DNA from: Octopus vulgaris | Lineage: Eukaryota | Direction: 5' to 3' | Assembly (NCBI GenBank): GCA_951406725.2 | Contig: OX597824.1 | Span: 87,048,001 to 87,112,000, forward strand | Length of the DNA: 64,000 nt | Shown here: positions 52,264 to 64,000 of the stretch, in pieces | Layout of the letters: every line of letters starts with the position of its first letter | Numbering within the stretch: position 1 is the stretch's first letter | Position numbers and translations under genes: made by a program | Notes under the pieces: generated by a model | Database searches by the model: none | What the model saw: only the letters and a program-made list of their open reading frames with translations | Told to the model about the DNA's origin: nothing

Positions 52264-53765
52264 ACAGAAATGAATATTAAAGCATGTCTGTATCACATTA
52301 CAAACCTTCACCAAAATTTGGCAATGGACCAGGGCAGCATCATTTCTGTTTTTTTTTTCTTACCAGTAACAAATTTTTATTTTCAGAAAATAGGAAAACA
52401 AAAGAAAAAAGACAAGAACAGACAAAACCAATGAAGAAGTGCGTCACGTCAGTGGGAGGGCAGACCAAGAGGAGAATATCTTTGGAAAAAATTGGGGGGG
52501 GGGGGGAAACGAACAGAAAGGAGCATATTTAGGGAGTTGATTTTTCCCCCGTTTTACCCAAAATTACTATGGTCATTGTACTAAAACAAAACACGGAAGA
52601 ATATGATAAAGGAAGCTTGTTTTCTCAAGAACACATCTTAATAGCAATGATGGAATTGACAGGTTTGTAGGAGGGGAAAATGTGCCGAGAGTTTTCACGT
52701 GCTAAATAACACTACCCACACTGAGTGGATACTAAACAGCTGTAGTAGTAGCAGCAGCGTACTAATAGAGGAAAGAATGCTGGCTTAGTCATACATACAG
52801 TATAGACAGGTAACTACTAAGGAAAATCAACTGCCAACTGCATTTAGGATAAAACCTAACTAAAATGAAAGGGTTTGAAAAATCATATAAGTAATGATTA
52901 TAGAAAATTCTAACAAAATCCGAAATGTAATATAAGTAAGAATATACTTTTGGTTGGGGTTAGATAAAAGAGTTTGTTCCTTGCTTTAAAAACTTTCATG
53001 TCTTTGGTAAAGAAATTGTGGGCGTTTGAATTGCCGAATGTGTTGGCTTATGAATCACAAAGACAGGCAAGTTAATGTTGCAAGCATGCGTATATATGAG
53101 AAGGGAGTGAAAGACGACGTGCCTACTCAGGTGAGTAGACATAACAAGTGAATGAAAACTGACTTCCAGCCATTTAGTTGAAAGGGGGATGAGAGTGGCA
53201 AGTATGGTGCAGGTGAACAGGCGTATACATACACCCATAAATCAGTGATGAGGAACTGGGAAAAGGCAAATGACCCGGAAGTTAGGGCACCAGTGGTTTT
53301 ATGGGCTTTTTCCATAAGCAGCCCTTGAATGTCCCCTTCCTATTGAGGAATACACATCGTCATCATCATCATCATGTAATGTCCGTTTTCCATGCTAACA
53401 TGGGTTGGATGGTTCGACCGGGGTCTGGGAAGCCAGGAGGCTGCACCAGGCTCCAGTCTGATCTGGCAGTTAAACCGCCAGGCCCGGTCGGCATTTGTGA
53501 GAGATGCAGCATTGAAGATGAATGAAGCCAGCTCAACCCACCCTGGGTGAAATGCTGTCTCAAGAGAAGACAAGAGAATAATGAGGACTAACTAACTAAA
53601 AGGAGAGAAAATCTGCAGTGGGGGGAGGCAATTAAATCAATTGATACTTTATTTTAACGAACTTGGGTAGATGAAAAGTAAAGCTGGCCTCTACAGGATT
53701 TGAACCTGGAATATAAAGAGCTGGGGGCAAACAGTAATTGTAATCATTGCCTAACAAATACAGTT

Positions 53766-54240
53766 ACTCTCTTACTCTTACTTGTTTCAGTCATTTGACT
53801 GTGGCCATGCTGGAGCACTGCCTTTAGTCGAGCAAATCGACCCCAGGGATTTTTCTTTGTAAGCCTAATACTTATTCTATCAATCTCTTTTGCCGAACCG
53901 CTAAGTGAGGGGGATGTAAACACACCAACATCGGTTGTCAAGTGATGGTGGGGGGACAAACACAGACACACAAACATATACACACACACATACATATATA
54001 CACACACACATATATACATATATACACATACATATATATACACATACATATATATATACACACACACACATATACGACGGGCTTCTTTTAGTTTCCGTCT
54101 ACCAAATCCACTCACAAGGCTTTGGTCGGCCCGAGGCTATTAGTAGAAGACACTTGCCCAAGGTGCCGCGTAGTGGGAGTAAACCCGGAACCATGCGGTT
54201 GGTAAGCAAGCTACTTACCAGACAGCCACTCCTACGCCTG
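53766..54240 (-). mobile_element. SINE family A
   Basis: Family match. Confidence 0.9.
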
Positions 54241-54669
54241 TTACTAACAAAGATACAGTAACTTATAATTTTCTCAGAATACCTGATTTCTGAAATAAAA
54301 GATTTTTATCTGGCCTATTTCAGTTTAATCAGATATATTTCACTCCCGCTGTCATGGATACTGGCTCTTAAGTTATACAGGTCCAACCTTTGAATTGTTC
54401 TTAATCAAATTATCTCAATTATTTAATTTCAATGTTTACAGATTAACAAGCATAAATAAATATAATAATAAGAAAACAAATTAATTTTGAGTGCTTTACA
54501 CGGTTGTTGAACACATTCTAAGAAATACTATCATTATGGTTTTGGCGTTGCACTTACAATCGCTACATCACGAGTTCAATTCCTAGGCCAAGCAGTGCAT
54601 TGTGTTCTTGAGCAAAACACTTCATTTCATATTGCTCTGTGATCATTTCGGCATCTGACATCTACCATA

Positions 54670-54802
54670 TCCACTCACAAGGCTTTGGTCGGCCTGAGGC
54701 TATAGTAGAAGACACTTGCCCAAGGTGCTATGCAATGGGACTGAACCCAGAACCATGTGGTTGGTAAGCAAGCTACTTACCACACAGCCACTCCTATGCC
54801 TA
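54670..54802 (-). mobile_element. SINE family A, 5' portion
   Basis: Head region only, lying head-to-head with the next copy. Confidence 0.85.
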
Positions 54803-54809
54803 AATTGTT

Positions 54810-55200
54810 AGTGGCTGTGTGGTAAGTAGCTTGCTAACCAACCACATGGTTCCGGGTTCAGTCCCACTGCGTGGCACCTTGGGCAAGTGTCTTCTACTAT
54901 AGCTTTGGGCCGACCAAAGCCTTGTGAGTGGATTTGGTAGACGGAAACTGAAAGAAGCCCGTCGTATATATGCATATATATATGCATGTGTGTGTTTGTG
55001 TTTGTCTCCCTAGCATTGCTTGGCAACCGATGCTGGTGTGTTTATGTCCCTCTTACTTAGCGGTTCGGCAAAAGAGACCGATAGAATAAGTACTGGGCTT
55101 ACAAAAGAATAAATCCCGGGGTCAAGTTGCTCGATTAAAGGCGGTGCTCCAGCATGGCCGCAGTCAAATGACTGAAACAAGTAAAAGAGTAAAAGAGTAA
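54810..55200 (+). mobile_element. SINE family A
   Basis: Family match. Confidence 0.9.
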
Positions 55201-55871
55201 GAAAATAAATTAGTTTGTGTTATCATGTGGATCTTTTTCCACATATATGTTATGAATGGCACTGTACCATTCTTGTTGCCACTATTATGTTGTGGTGGTA
55301 TTCTGCGTCTGTTTGTCTTTGACTTGCCGATCATGCTATCACTGATAGCTCCGCAAGACAATGACGTGAAACCTCTACCCTGACAGTAACTCAAACTTGT
55401 ATATAACATGTAACTGACAATGATTCCAACTGAGGTATACAACGCCTCTACTACTACTCACTTCATACAATGACTGACTGTCTGACTTTATAATGGCTGG
55501 TTCATACCACTTTGTCACGTGGGAAGGGGAGTACCATTTTCACTACAACTGTTTGGCTCATTTAGTTAAAACCAAACAAAACGCCCAAGAAATTAATGAT
55601 GTGAGGACTGAGGAATTAAGATACTGGATAATCATGCTCCAGCGTCTGCTTTGGCACAGTTTCTTTGGCTGGATGCCCTTCAAACTGCCAACCACTTTAT
55701 ACCATGGACTGGGTGCTTTTTCCATGCCACCAACATTAATGAAATCACCATGCAGAATGCGAGCCTATGAACCTTTATGCTAGAAGAATAACGAGTAGAG
55801 AGGGGTAAAGAATGAGAGAAAAAGGGTTGGAGCAGAACAGGTTTCTTGCTGTAGCGGAGCTACTTGACTAC

Positions 55872-56235
55872 TCATCATCATCATTGTTTCATGTCCGTTT
55901 TCCATGCTGGCATGTGTTGGATGGTTTGACTGGGGTCTGGCAAGCCGGGAGGCTGCACTAGGCTCCAATCTGATCTGGCAGTGTTTCTACAGCTGGATGC
56001 CCTTCCTAATGCCAACCACTCCAAGAGTGTAGTGGGTGCTTTTTATGTGCCACCGGTACGGGAGCCAGTCAGGCGGCACTGGCATCAATCAGCCATGTTT
56101 GGATGGTGCTTTTAATGTGCCACTGGCACAGGAGCCATTTGGGGTGGGATGGGGGTGTGTGCTAGCATCAACCACATTCAGATGGTGCTTTTTACATGCT
56201 ACCTGCACGGGGAGCCAGTCAGGCGGCACTAAGCA
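55872..56235 (-). mobile_element. RTE LINE 3' UTR (family C)
   Basis: Family match with (CAT)n on the plus strand. Confidence 0.8.
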
Positions 56236-57409
56236 ATGACCCACACATGCGTAGAACTGGAAATTGGTGAAGAGGTGTCAGAATGGACCTTCAGGATACA
56301 AAGTGTGTAGGAATGAGTGGTGCAAGGGGGTCAAGAGTAAGTGGTGTGGGGCAACAGAATAGAAATGATACAGTAAACAGACAATAGTCAATGGTTAGCT
56401 ATATGGGATGAATTGTGGAAACCTTTATATTCTTAGTTTGTTTTTGTATGTCAAGAAATTCAGGTAGCAGCCATAACAGATGTGGTTAAAGTGGACTCTG
56501 TCCAAATATGACAGCTGCATTCACTATGTCTAGGAAAAAGGTGGAGCTGTCATGGTCGGGAGGCTTTTGGTTCTCGGTTTGTTTGAACAGGGCTGATCTG
56601 GGGGCTAAAACAATGGCAGTGATGATGAGCGGAAGGATAGCAATAATAATAATAACAAGGCACAAAGCCTGAAATTTTGGAGGAGGGGCCTAGTCAATTT
56701 AAATCAACCCTAGTGCTCAACTGGAACTTATTTTATCAACCCTGAAAGGAGGCAGGGCAAAGTTGACCTCAGTGGAATTTGAACTCAGACCATAAAGACA
56801 GACAAAATGCCACCAGGTATTTTGTCCAGTGTGCTAATAATTCAGCCAGCTCACAATAGTACTAGTAGTAGGTGGTAGTGGTGGTAGTAGTAGTGGTGGT
56901 GATAGTATTAGTAGCAGGTGGGGTGCTAGTAGTAGTTGTAGTAATGATGATGTTTATCTGTAGAAAGTTCAAATAAAATTAACATTCGCCAAGGAAAATT
57001 TGCAGATTTATCTAAACCATGGGACTTTGATTATATTTGAAAATGTTTAAGAATTTAAAGAGAGAGAGAGAGAGATGGGGGGAGGGTCAGAGAATTGGAA
57101 GAGAACTTGAAGAACTTCAAAAAGAAAAAAAAATTGAAGAAAATAATCTGCTTTGGCAAAGGTATTAAGGATGATTACTATACTTTAGCAGATTTACTAA
57201 ATTCACAAGACTTCAAAAGAAATCAAACATTATAATTATAATCGAAGAGTGAGAAAGAATTAAATGAAGAAGAGTTAATTAAAAAGTCAAACGCATAATT
57301 ACAGGACAGAATTTCAGAAAAGTGTCAACAATAACTTCCTTGACACTAAAATAACTGGTATAGTAAACACAGAATCCAAACTATTACAAAACACATATAT
57401 ACACATATA

Positions 57410-57642
57410 TATTTCTTTACTACCCACAAGGGGCTAAACATAGAGGGGACAAACAAGGACAGACAAACGAATTCAGTCGATTACATCGACCCAAGTGCGT
57501 AACTGGTACTTAATTTATCGATCCCGAAATGATGAAAGGCAAAGTCGACCTCGGAGGAATTTGAACTCACGAACGTAACGGCAGACGAAATACCGCTAAG
57601 CATTTCGCCCGACGTGCTAACGTTTCTGCCAGCTCGCCGCCT
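57410..57642 (-). mobile_element. SINE family B
   Basis: Family match. Confidence 0.9.
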
Positions 57643-57857
57643 TTATACATATAGATACATGTATATGCTTATACATACATGTGTGAGTGCGCCTCTACAT
57701 GTAGGTACATACATACACACGAATGTGGTAGCCTTTGGGTTTTTGATCTCACCTAATATTTACATGTTAAGTGTTTATGCCTTAATCTACCTCATGTTTC
57801 ATAGTTAAAACAATTTATTTCACATCTCCCAAAGTTTCAAAATTCTCATAGCATAAA

Positions 57858-57941
<84 letters not shown>

Positions 57942-57943
<2 letters not shown>

Positions 57944-58335
57944 TCCTTTACTCTTTTACTTGTTTCAGTCATTTGACTGTGGCCATGCTGGAGCACCGCC
58001 TTTTAGTCGAGCAACTCGACCCCGGGACTTATTCTTTTTGTAAGCCCAGTACTTATTCTATCGGTCTCTTTTTGCCGAACCGCTAATTGACGGGGACGTA
58101 AACACACCACCATCGGTTGTCAAGCAATGCTAGGGGGACAAACACAGACACACAAACACATATATACATATACACGACAGGCTTCTTTCAGTTTCCGTCT
58201 ACCAAATCCACTCACAAGGCATTGGTCGGCCCGGGGCTATAGCAGAAGACACTTGCCCAAGATGCCACGCAGTGGGACTGAACCCGGAACCATGTGGTTG
58301 GTTAGCAAGCTACTTACCACACAGCCACTCCTGCG

Positions 58336-58340
<5 letters not shown>
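57942..58340 (-). mobile_element. SINE family A
   Basis: Family match. Confidence 0.9.
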
Positions 58341-58397
<57 letters not shown>

Positions 58398-59109
58398 TAC
58401 ATATAGTTTTGTATACATCTATGTGTTTGCAGGAAATATGTGCACAAATATATTGCACAGACATTCAACATTTCTTCGAATTAAATATGGAACTGAATGC
58501 ACACAGAATAACTATAATTGCGTAAATAAATGGCACCATCTTTCAAGAAAATTACAGCTGCCTTAGTTGATAGGTTGGCTGGCCATAAGCCAACGACAGG
58601 GAAGACTTAATTCTCATTCTGCTCAGGTCATCTTGTCCTAAATCATTACCAGGAGAGGAACACGCCACAATTGTTCTATTGATGGACAACCTCACATGTA
58701 ACCTTCGACCTTCACCATACAAGGACCTGAAGATGTTTTATGGGTGAGCTTAGCGTTATTAATACTACATTCGAAATACTAATTCTTGTCATCATCATCA
58801 TCACCATTCAATGTCCATGTTTCTATGCTTGCAAGAGTCAGATGGAATTTGTTGAGGCAGATTTTTTTTCCTATGACCGGATGCCCTTGCTGTCACCAAC
58901 TCTCGCCTGTTTCCAAGCAAGATAATATTTCAGCCCTGGTCAGATATGTTTTTTTTTTTTTATGTAAAACTGAAAATAAACAACATTGACTGCATGATTA
59001 AGATGCTTATTTACAACCACAATGCCATGTTGCAAACAAGGATATACATGCATTTACACACACACACACATGTAGATGTCTATATAGAAAATATACACAC
59101 ACATATATA

Positions 59110-59330
59110 TTCATCTCAATCAAAGGAGAGGGGCTTTCTCCATTTGGGTTGGGATCCGTGGAATAAGCTGCCGGACGAGATAGTGAAGATGCCGACGACC
59201 GCTCGGTTCAAAGTCTCCCTTGACCACAAGTGGCCTGAACTCTTTACATGAACACCACCCTGTACATAACTCCATGTCCCCCTACATGGCCTTGCTTTTT
59301 GAGCCAAAAAATTAACTAACTAATTAACTA
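59110..59330 (+). mobile_element. CR1-clade LINE 3' end (short copy)
   Basis: WNKLPDEIVKMPTTARFKVSLDHKWPELF plus the same 3' UTR as 38216-38594 and a TAAC-type tail. Confidence 0.85.
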
Positions 59331-59434
59331 CAAACACACACATGTATATATAGAAAATATACATACATACATATACCAGGTGGTGTTATTGGGTTAAACA
59401 TGGCCAGGGTCTATACTGGCTGAAACCTATCAAA

Positions 59435-59469
<35 letters not shown>

Positions 59470-59475
59470 ATGATG

Positions 59476-59506
<31 letters not shown>

Positions 59507-60590
59507 CACACACAACAAACAAATTGCACTAAAAAAGTTACACGTTTGCATTATGTTATATATACAATAATAATAAAGGATGTTACTATATACAGTTTTA
59601 CAAACCAAAAACATTATATAGACCTCCTTGACTCAAGCTAGAGAAGGGGTGTGTATTATACATGAGGTTTAGGGTTTTCAGAGGTACAGCCCCCTAAAAA
59701 TCCTCTGTGTATTATACTCAAGGGCAGACTATACTCGAGGATTTACGGTACATCAGTAAAGTAAAAGATTAAAGAAAGAAATTCTAAATGATGAAAGTGA
59801 ATGAATTAATCCAGAACTAACCTTTGGTTTGTTTTCCATGGCTATAGTGAATGTTCATAACTTACTGATAGGAATGTTTAAAGATCAAATCTGGTTTGGT
59901 AAGAGACTGAGGCTAATGATTGTTACGGTGTGGATACAAAGATACTTATGTGGTGTGATAGCACGACACATGACATAAATAAAAGAAAGAAAAAAAAGGA
60001 CAATCGGGTGGGGGGGGGGTATATAGAAGGGGTAGGGTAATTAACAAAGAGCGTTATGGTTATCAAAATTAAGTGAGAGAGGTAATTAAGATAATAGGCT
60101 AATTAAACCGAGGCATATGCAGATCTACTTACACATGGGGAAGGCGAAGTGAAGAAACAAAAAAAAAACAAAAACAAAAAACAAACAAAAAAAAAGCAAA
60201 AACAAAAGAGGGAGATAAAAAGGCAATAAATACAAATATGTAAATAATTGATATGTTGTTGTTCAAAATAATTATGTTTAGTTGGGCATAGAACCCAAAA
60301 TGGTTGTCTGATGATAACGAAGCATTAACGAGATTGTGTCTTGGCAGAAGTTTGTAGACGAGTATAGAACTAATTAATTTTGTCCCTGCTTTCTGTGTTT
60401 CAAATCCCATCAGAATAAGGCTTTGCGTTCAGTCATGATTAATGAATTAAGTAACGGTGACACACTGGTCAGAGATGGGTCAATCAACAAGAGTGATCTT
60501 AAGTGCTAACATATTGAATGTAGCAAACACAATAGTTTAATTAATTAAGGCGATACCTATATTGGATAGACACAGGTGTAGCTGTGTGGT

Positions 60591-61312
60591 AAGGCGGCGA
60601 GCTGGCAGAATCGTTAGCACGCCAGGCGAAATGCTTAGCGGTATTTCGTCTGCCATTTCGTTCTGATTTCAAATTCCGCCGAGGTTGACTTTGCCTTTCA
60701 TCCTTTTGGGGCCGATATAATTGACTTAATCCGTTTGTCCCCTCTGTGTTTAGCCCCTTGTGGGCAGTAAAGAAATAGGTATTTCATCTGCCGCTACGTT
60801 CTGAGTTCAAATTCTGCCGAGGTCGACTTTGCCTTTCATCCTTTCGGGGTCGATTAAATAAGTACCAGTTATGCACTGGGGTCGATGTAATCGACTTAAT
60901 CCGTTTGTCTGTCCTTGTTTGTCCTCCCTGTGTTTAGCCCCTTGTGGGTATTAAAGAAATAGGCATTTCATCTGCCGCTACGTTCTGAGTTCAAATTCCG
61001 CCGAGGTCGACTTTGCCTTTCATCCTTTCGGGGTTGATAAATTAAGTACCAGTTACGCACTTGGGTCGATGTAATCCGTCGACTTAATCCGTTTGTCTGT
61101 CCTTGTTTGTCCTCCCTGTATTTAGCCCCTTGTGGGTAGTAAAGAAATAGGAATTTTGTCTGTCTTTACATTCTGAGTTCAAATTCTGCTGAGGTCGACT
61201 TTACCTTTCATTGTTTCAGGGTCGATAAATTAAGTGCCAGTTGCATACTGGGGTCGATCTAATCAATTGCTGCCCCCCTCCCCCAAAACTTTGTGGGTAA
61301 TAATGAAATAGG
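60591..61312 (+). mobile_element. SINE family B tetramer
   Basis: One head followed by four body units joined at AAAGAAATAG|G(T/C/A)ATTT. Confidence 0.9.
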
Positions 61313-61424
61313 AAATAAGCAGAGTAAACTTTATTTTATACAAGGCACCTAATACATTATTTACATTTGACGGATATTTGCCCTGATCTTGTTTGTTGTT
61401 AACACAGGCTCAAAATTTCGCCAA

Positions 61425-61470
61425 GACACCTGATGAAGGCTGGAGGGTACACCAGCTGAAACATTGTGCT
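61425..61470 (+). ncRNA. Minimal type-I hammerhead motif (same family as 1646-1691)
   Basis: GACAC-CTGATGA-A-GGCTGG(agggtaca)CCAGCT-GAAA-C-ATT-GTGCT. Confidence 0.55.
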
Positions 61471-61574
61471 AACAACAAACAAGATGAGGACAAATATCTG
61501 TCAAATGTAAATAATGTACATAATTCCTCATCTCTTAAATATAGAACTGTAAGGCCCCTAATATTCTGGCACTC

Positions 61575-62250
61575 TATCAGTTAAGATGATGAGGGTTCCA
61601 GTCAGGGGTGGACTGAGAGTATTAAGGGCCCTCGGGTATAACTGCTTATTGAGCCTCTTTGAATGTGTTTTAGTAGAGTTAACATGTAGAGTGTGGGCCC
61701 CTCAGTGCTCTGGGCCCTCAGGAAGTGCCCGACTGAGTGACAGCTATGGGCCCTCAGGTAGTGCCTGATTGACTGACAGCTATGGGCCCTCAGGCAGTGC
61801 CCGAGTGACTGACACCTATGGGCCCTCAGGTAATGCCCGATTGACTGACAGCTATGGGCCCTCAGGCAGTGCCCGATTGACTGACAGCTATGGGCCCTTA
61901 GGCAGTGCCCGATTGACTGACAGCTTTGGGCCCTCAGGCAGTGTCTGACTGACTGACAGCTTAGTCAGCCCCTAGTTCCGGTTGATCTGACCAATGGAAC
62001 AGCTTGCTCATGAAATTAACATGCAAGTGGCTGAGCACTCCACAGACGCGTACCCTTCATGTAGTTCTCTGGGACATTCAGCGTGACACAAGATATGACA
62101 AGGCTGGTCCCTTTGAAATACAGGGACTACTCTTTTCTATCAGCTGAGTGGACTGGAGCAACGTGAAATAAAGGGTCTCACTCAAGGACACAATGCATCA
62201 CCAGGAATTGAACCCGTGACCTTACGATCGTGAGCCAAACCACTAACCCA
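61575..62250 (-). mobile_element. SINE family D-related element, host of the hAT MITE
   Basis: tRNA-like head at the right end (reverse complement of GGAATTGAACCCGTGACCTTACGATCGTGAG) and GCTGAGTGGACTGGAGCAACGTGAAAT core. Confidence 0.7.
61603..61974. mobile_element. hAT-like MITE with an internal 7 x 36-bp tandem repeat
   Basis: Ends CAGGGGTGGACTGAG / CTTAGTCAGCCCCTA; 8-bp TSD GTTCCAGT (61595-61602) / GTTCCGGT (61975-61982); unit TATGGGCCCTCAGGCAGTGCCCGATTGACTGACAGC. Confidence 0.8.
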
Positions 62251-62569
62251 CAAACCTAATTTCCACAGGGGTAATAAAAGGAGTTTGAAAGTGCTTTAAA
62301 GTATAAACGAAAATTATGATAATTGATTCAATTAAATATTAACCTAAGCGCAACATTTTAAAAACCTGTAAGCATTACACAGACACACAGACTACATTAT
62401 TTTATTGACATATTAAAACCAAAATCGATACAGGTTGATCAGATAAATTAAACATTAAAATCATTCAAAAAACAGTTTTTGCAGAATGCTATAAAACAGA
62501 AATCAATTACTGTTAGAAATAGCAGCCAAACTTCCTCAAATCACACTCTATACCATATTAAATAAAAGT

Positions 62570-62790
62570 GGAGGTGCATGGCTCAGTGGTTAGGCTGTTG
62601 GACTCATGATTGTAAGATTGTGATTTTGATTCCTGGACCAGGTGATGAGTTGTGTTCTTTAGCAAAAACACTTAATTTCATGCTGCTCCAGTCCACTTAG
62701 CTGGTAAAAAGGAGTAAAGCTGTGATAGACTGGCATCCCATCCAGGTGGAGAACATACACGCCAGAGAAACTCGGAAACCGGCCCTATAT
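62570..62790 (+). mobile_element. SINE family D
   Basis: GGAGGTGCATGGCTCAGTGGTTAG head and CTCCAGTCCACTTAGCTG core. Confidence 0.7.
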
Positions 62791-62923
62791 TCCCTCTCGG
62801 AGTAATGTGGACTAACCATATTAAATAAAAGACATAAGATAATGTTGTCTCTGAAGGGATGGACACAGCTGGAATGCCTTTGATTTCAGGCTTGCTTGAT
62901 CAAAGCTGACCAGGATCTAAACA

Positions 62924-63262
62924 AACATAACATGGTAGTCCTGGTTTAGGATGAATGTTGCTGTAATTTAGCCCCAGGAGACATCGTCTCCAGCTGGCTA
63001 TATGACACGATCTGTGTCCTTATATTTTCGAACAAGGGGATCTAGCACCCCCACTCAGCTCAAAACAATATCTGTGTATCGCGAAGGGAATAACCCGGAA
63101 ATCATGATACACAGATATTGTTTTGAGCTGAGTGGGGGTGCTAGATTCCCTTGTTTGAAAATATAAGGACACAGATCGTGTCATATAGCCAGCTGGAGAT
63201 GATGTCTCCTGGGGCTAAATTACAGCAACATTCATCCTAAACCAGGACTGCCTTGTTATGTT
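62924..63262. repeat. Long inverted repeat, 157-bp arms with a 25-bp spacer
   Basis: 62924-63080 is the reverse complement of 63106-63262, with about 5 mismatches by eye. Confidence 0.95.
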
Positions 63263-63829
63263 GGCAAACATCTTTACCTTCATTTTGGGGTCGATTAAAT
63301 AAGTACCAGTTACGCACTGGGGTCGATATAATCGACTTAATCAGTTTATTTGTCCTCTCATGCTAACGATTCTGCCAGCTCGCTGCCTTAATTAATAATA
63401 ATAATAATAATGTTAGATATTACTCATTAGAGCTTTGTTGTATCCACTTGAATAATAAATGACCAACATGATAGTGCTGCATCTATGGTTTTAGCATCAA
63501 CCAGTTTGACAGAAGCTGACAAGATGGAGGGCTGCATCAAGTTGCAGGTGTCTGTTTTAGCATGGTTTTTATGGCTGGATGCCGTTCCTAATGCCAACCA
63601 CTTTGCAGAGTGCACTGGGTGGTTTTTATGTGGCACCAGCAGGGATTCTTTTTATGGTGGCACTGGCACAAAGGTTTTCTATGTGACACCAACACGGATG
63701 CCCTTTTTATGAGGTACAACTATTTTTTTCTTCTTCCTCTTCTATGTGACTCTGGCACGAGTGCTCTTTTTACATGGCACTGGCCCAAATAAATAGAAAT
63801 TGATAGAATAAGTACCTGATTGAATTAAG

Positions 63830-64000
63830 TACCTATTTCTTTATTACCCACAAGGGGCTAAACATAGAGGGGGACAAACAAGGACAGACATAGGTATTAA
63901 GTCGATTACATCGACCCCAGTGCGTAACTGGTACTTAATTTATCGACCCCGAAAGGATGAAAGGCAAAGTCGACCTCGGCGGAATTTGAACTCAGAACGT
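63830..64000 (-). mobile_element. SINE family B (runs off the window end)
   Basis: Family match. Confidence 0.85.

Noticed and set aside
51895-52434. Longest ORF in the track (179 aa)
   Set aside because: Kept open by (GA)n and (TA)n tracts; no recognisable domain.
53050-53136. Plus-strand CAG|GTGAGT preceded by a short open frame (MNHKDRQ...PTQ)
   Set aside because: No acceptor or promoter evidence and an unrecognised peptide; consistent with chance.
59395-59435. GGCCAG/CTGGCT stem followed by GAAAC (hammerhead stem II-like)
   Set aside because: No CUGANGA upstream and no stem I; at most an unrecognisable remnant.
61709-61960. 36-bp repeats of CRISPR-like length
   Set aside because: Contiguous tandem units with no spacers, in eukaryotic DNA, inside a MITE.

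Overview
AT-rich, repeat-dense eukaryotic non-coding DNA, most likely a large intron or intergenic region of an octopus (coleoid cephalopod) genome. The taxon is inferred from the SINE/LINE families and the very high microsatellite density, not from a database search. No intact protein-coding gene is present. Nearly all ORFs in the track are microsatellite or SINE read-throughs, and the recognisable protein motifs are decayed retrotransposon fragments (RTE, R4/Dong-like, CR1 and probably Tx1/L1). The window holds three tRNA-headed SINE families (working names A, B, D), many 5'-truncated RTE 3' ends (C), piggyBac-type and hAT-type MITEs, and Helitron/Helentron-type non-autonomous elements. One good candidate exon lies on the minus strand (46131-46194), with weaker candidates elsewhere. 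The most interesting signals are minimal type-I hammerhead-ribozyme motifs of the Penelope-element kind, in two distinct sequence families plus a possible half-motif of a third (two copies sit in fold-back elements); several long near-perfect palindromes; SINE-B head-to-tail multimers that share one junction at independent loci; and a 3' tail shared between SINE-B and a LINE fragment.
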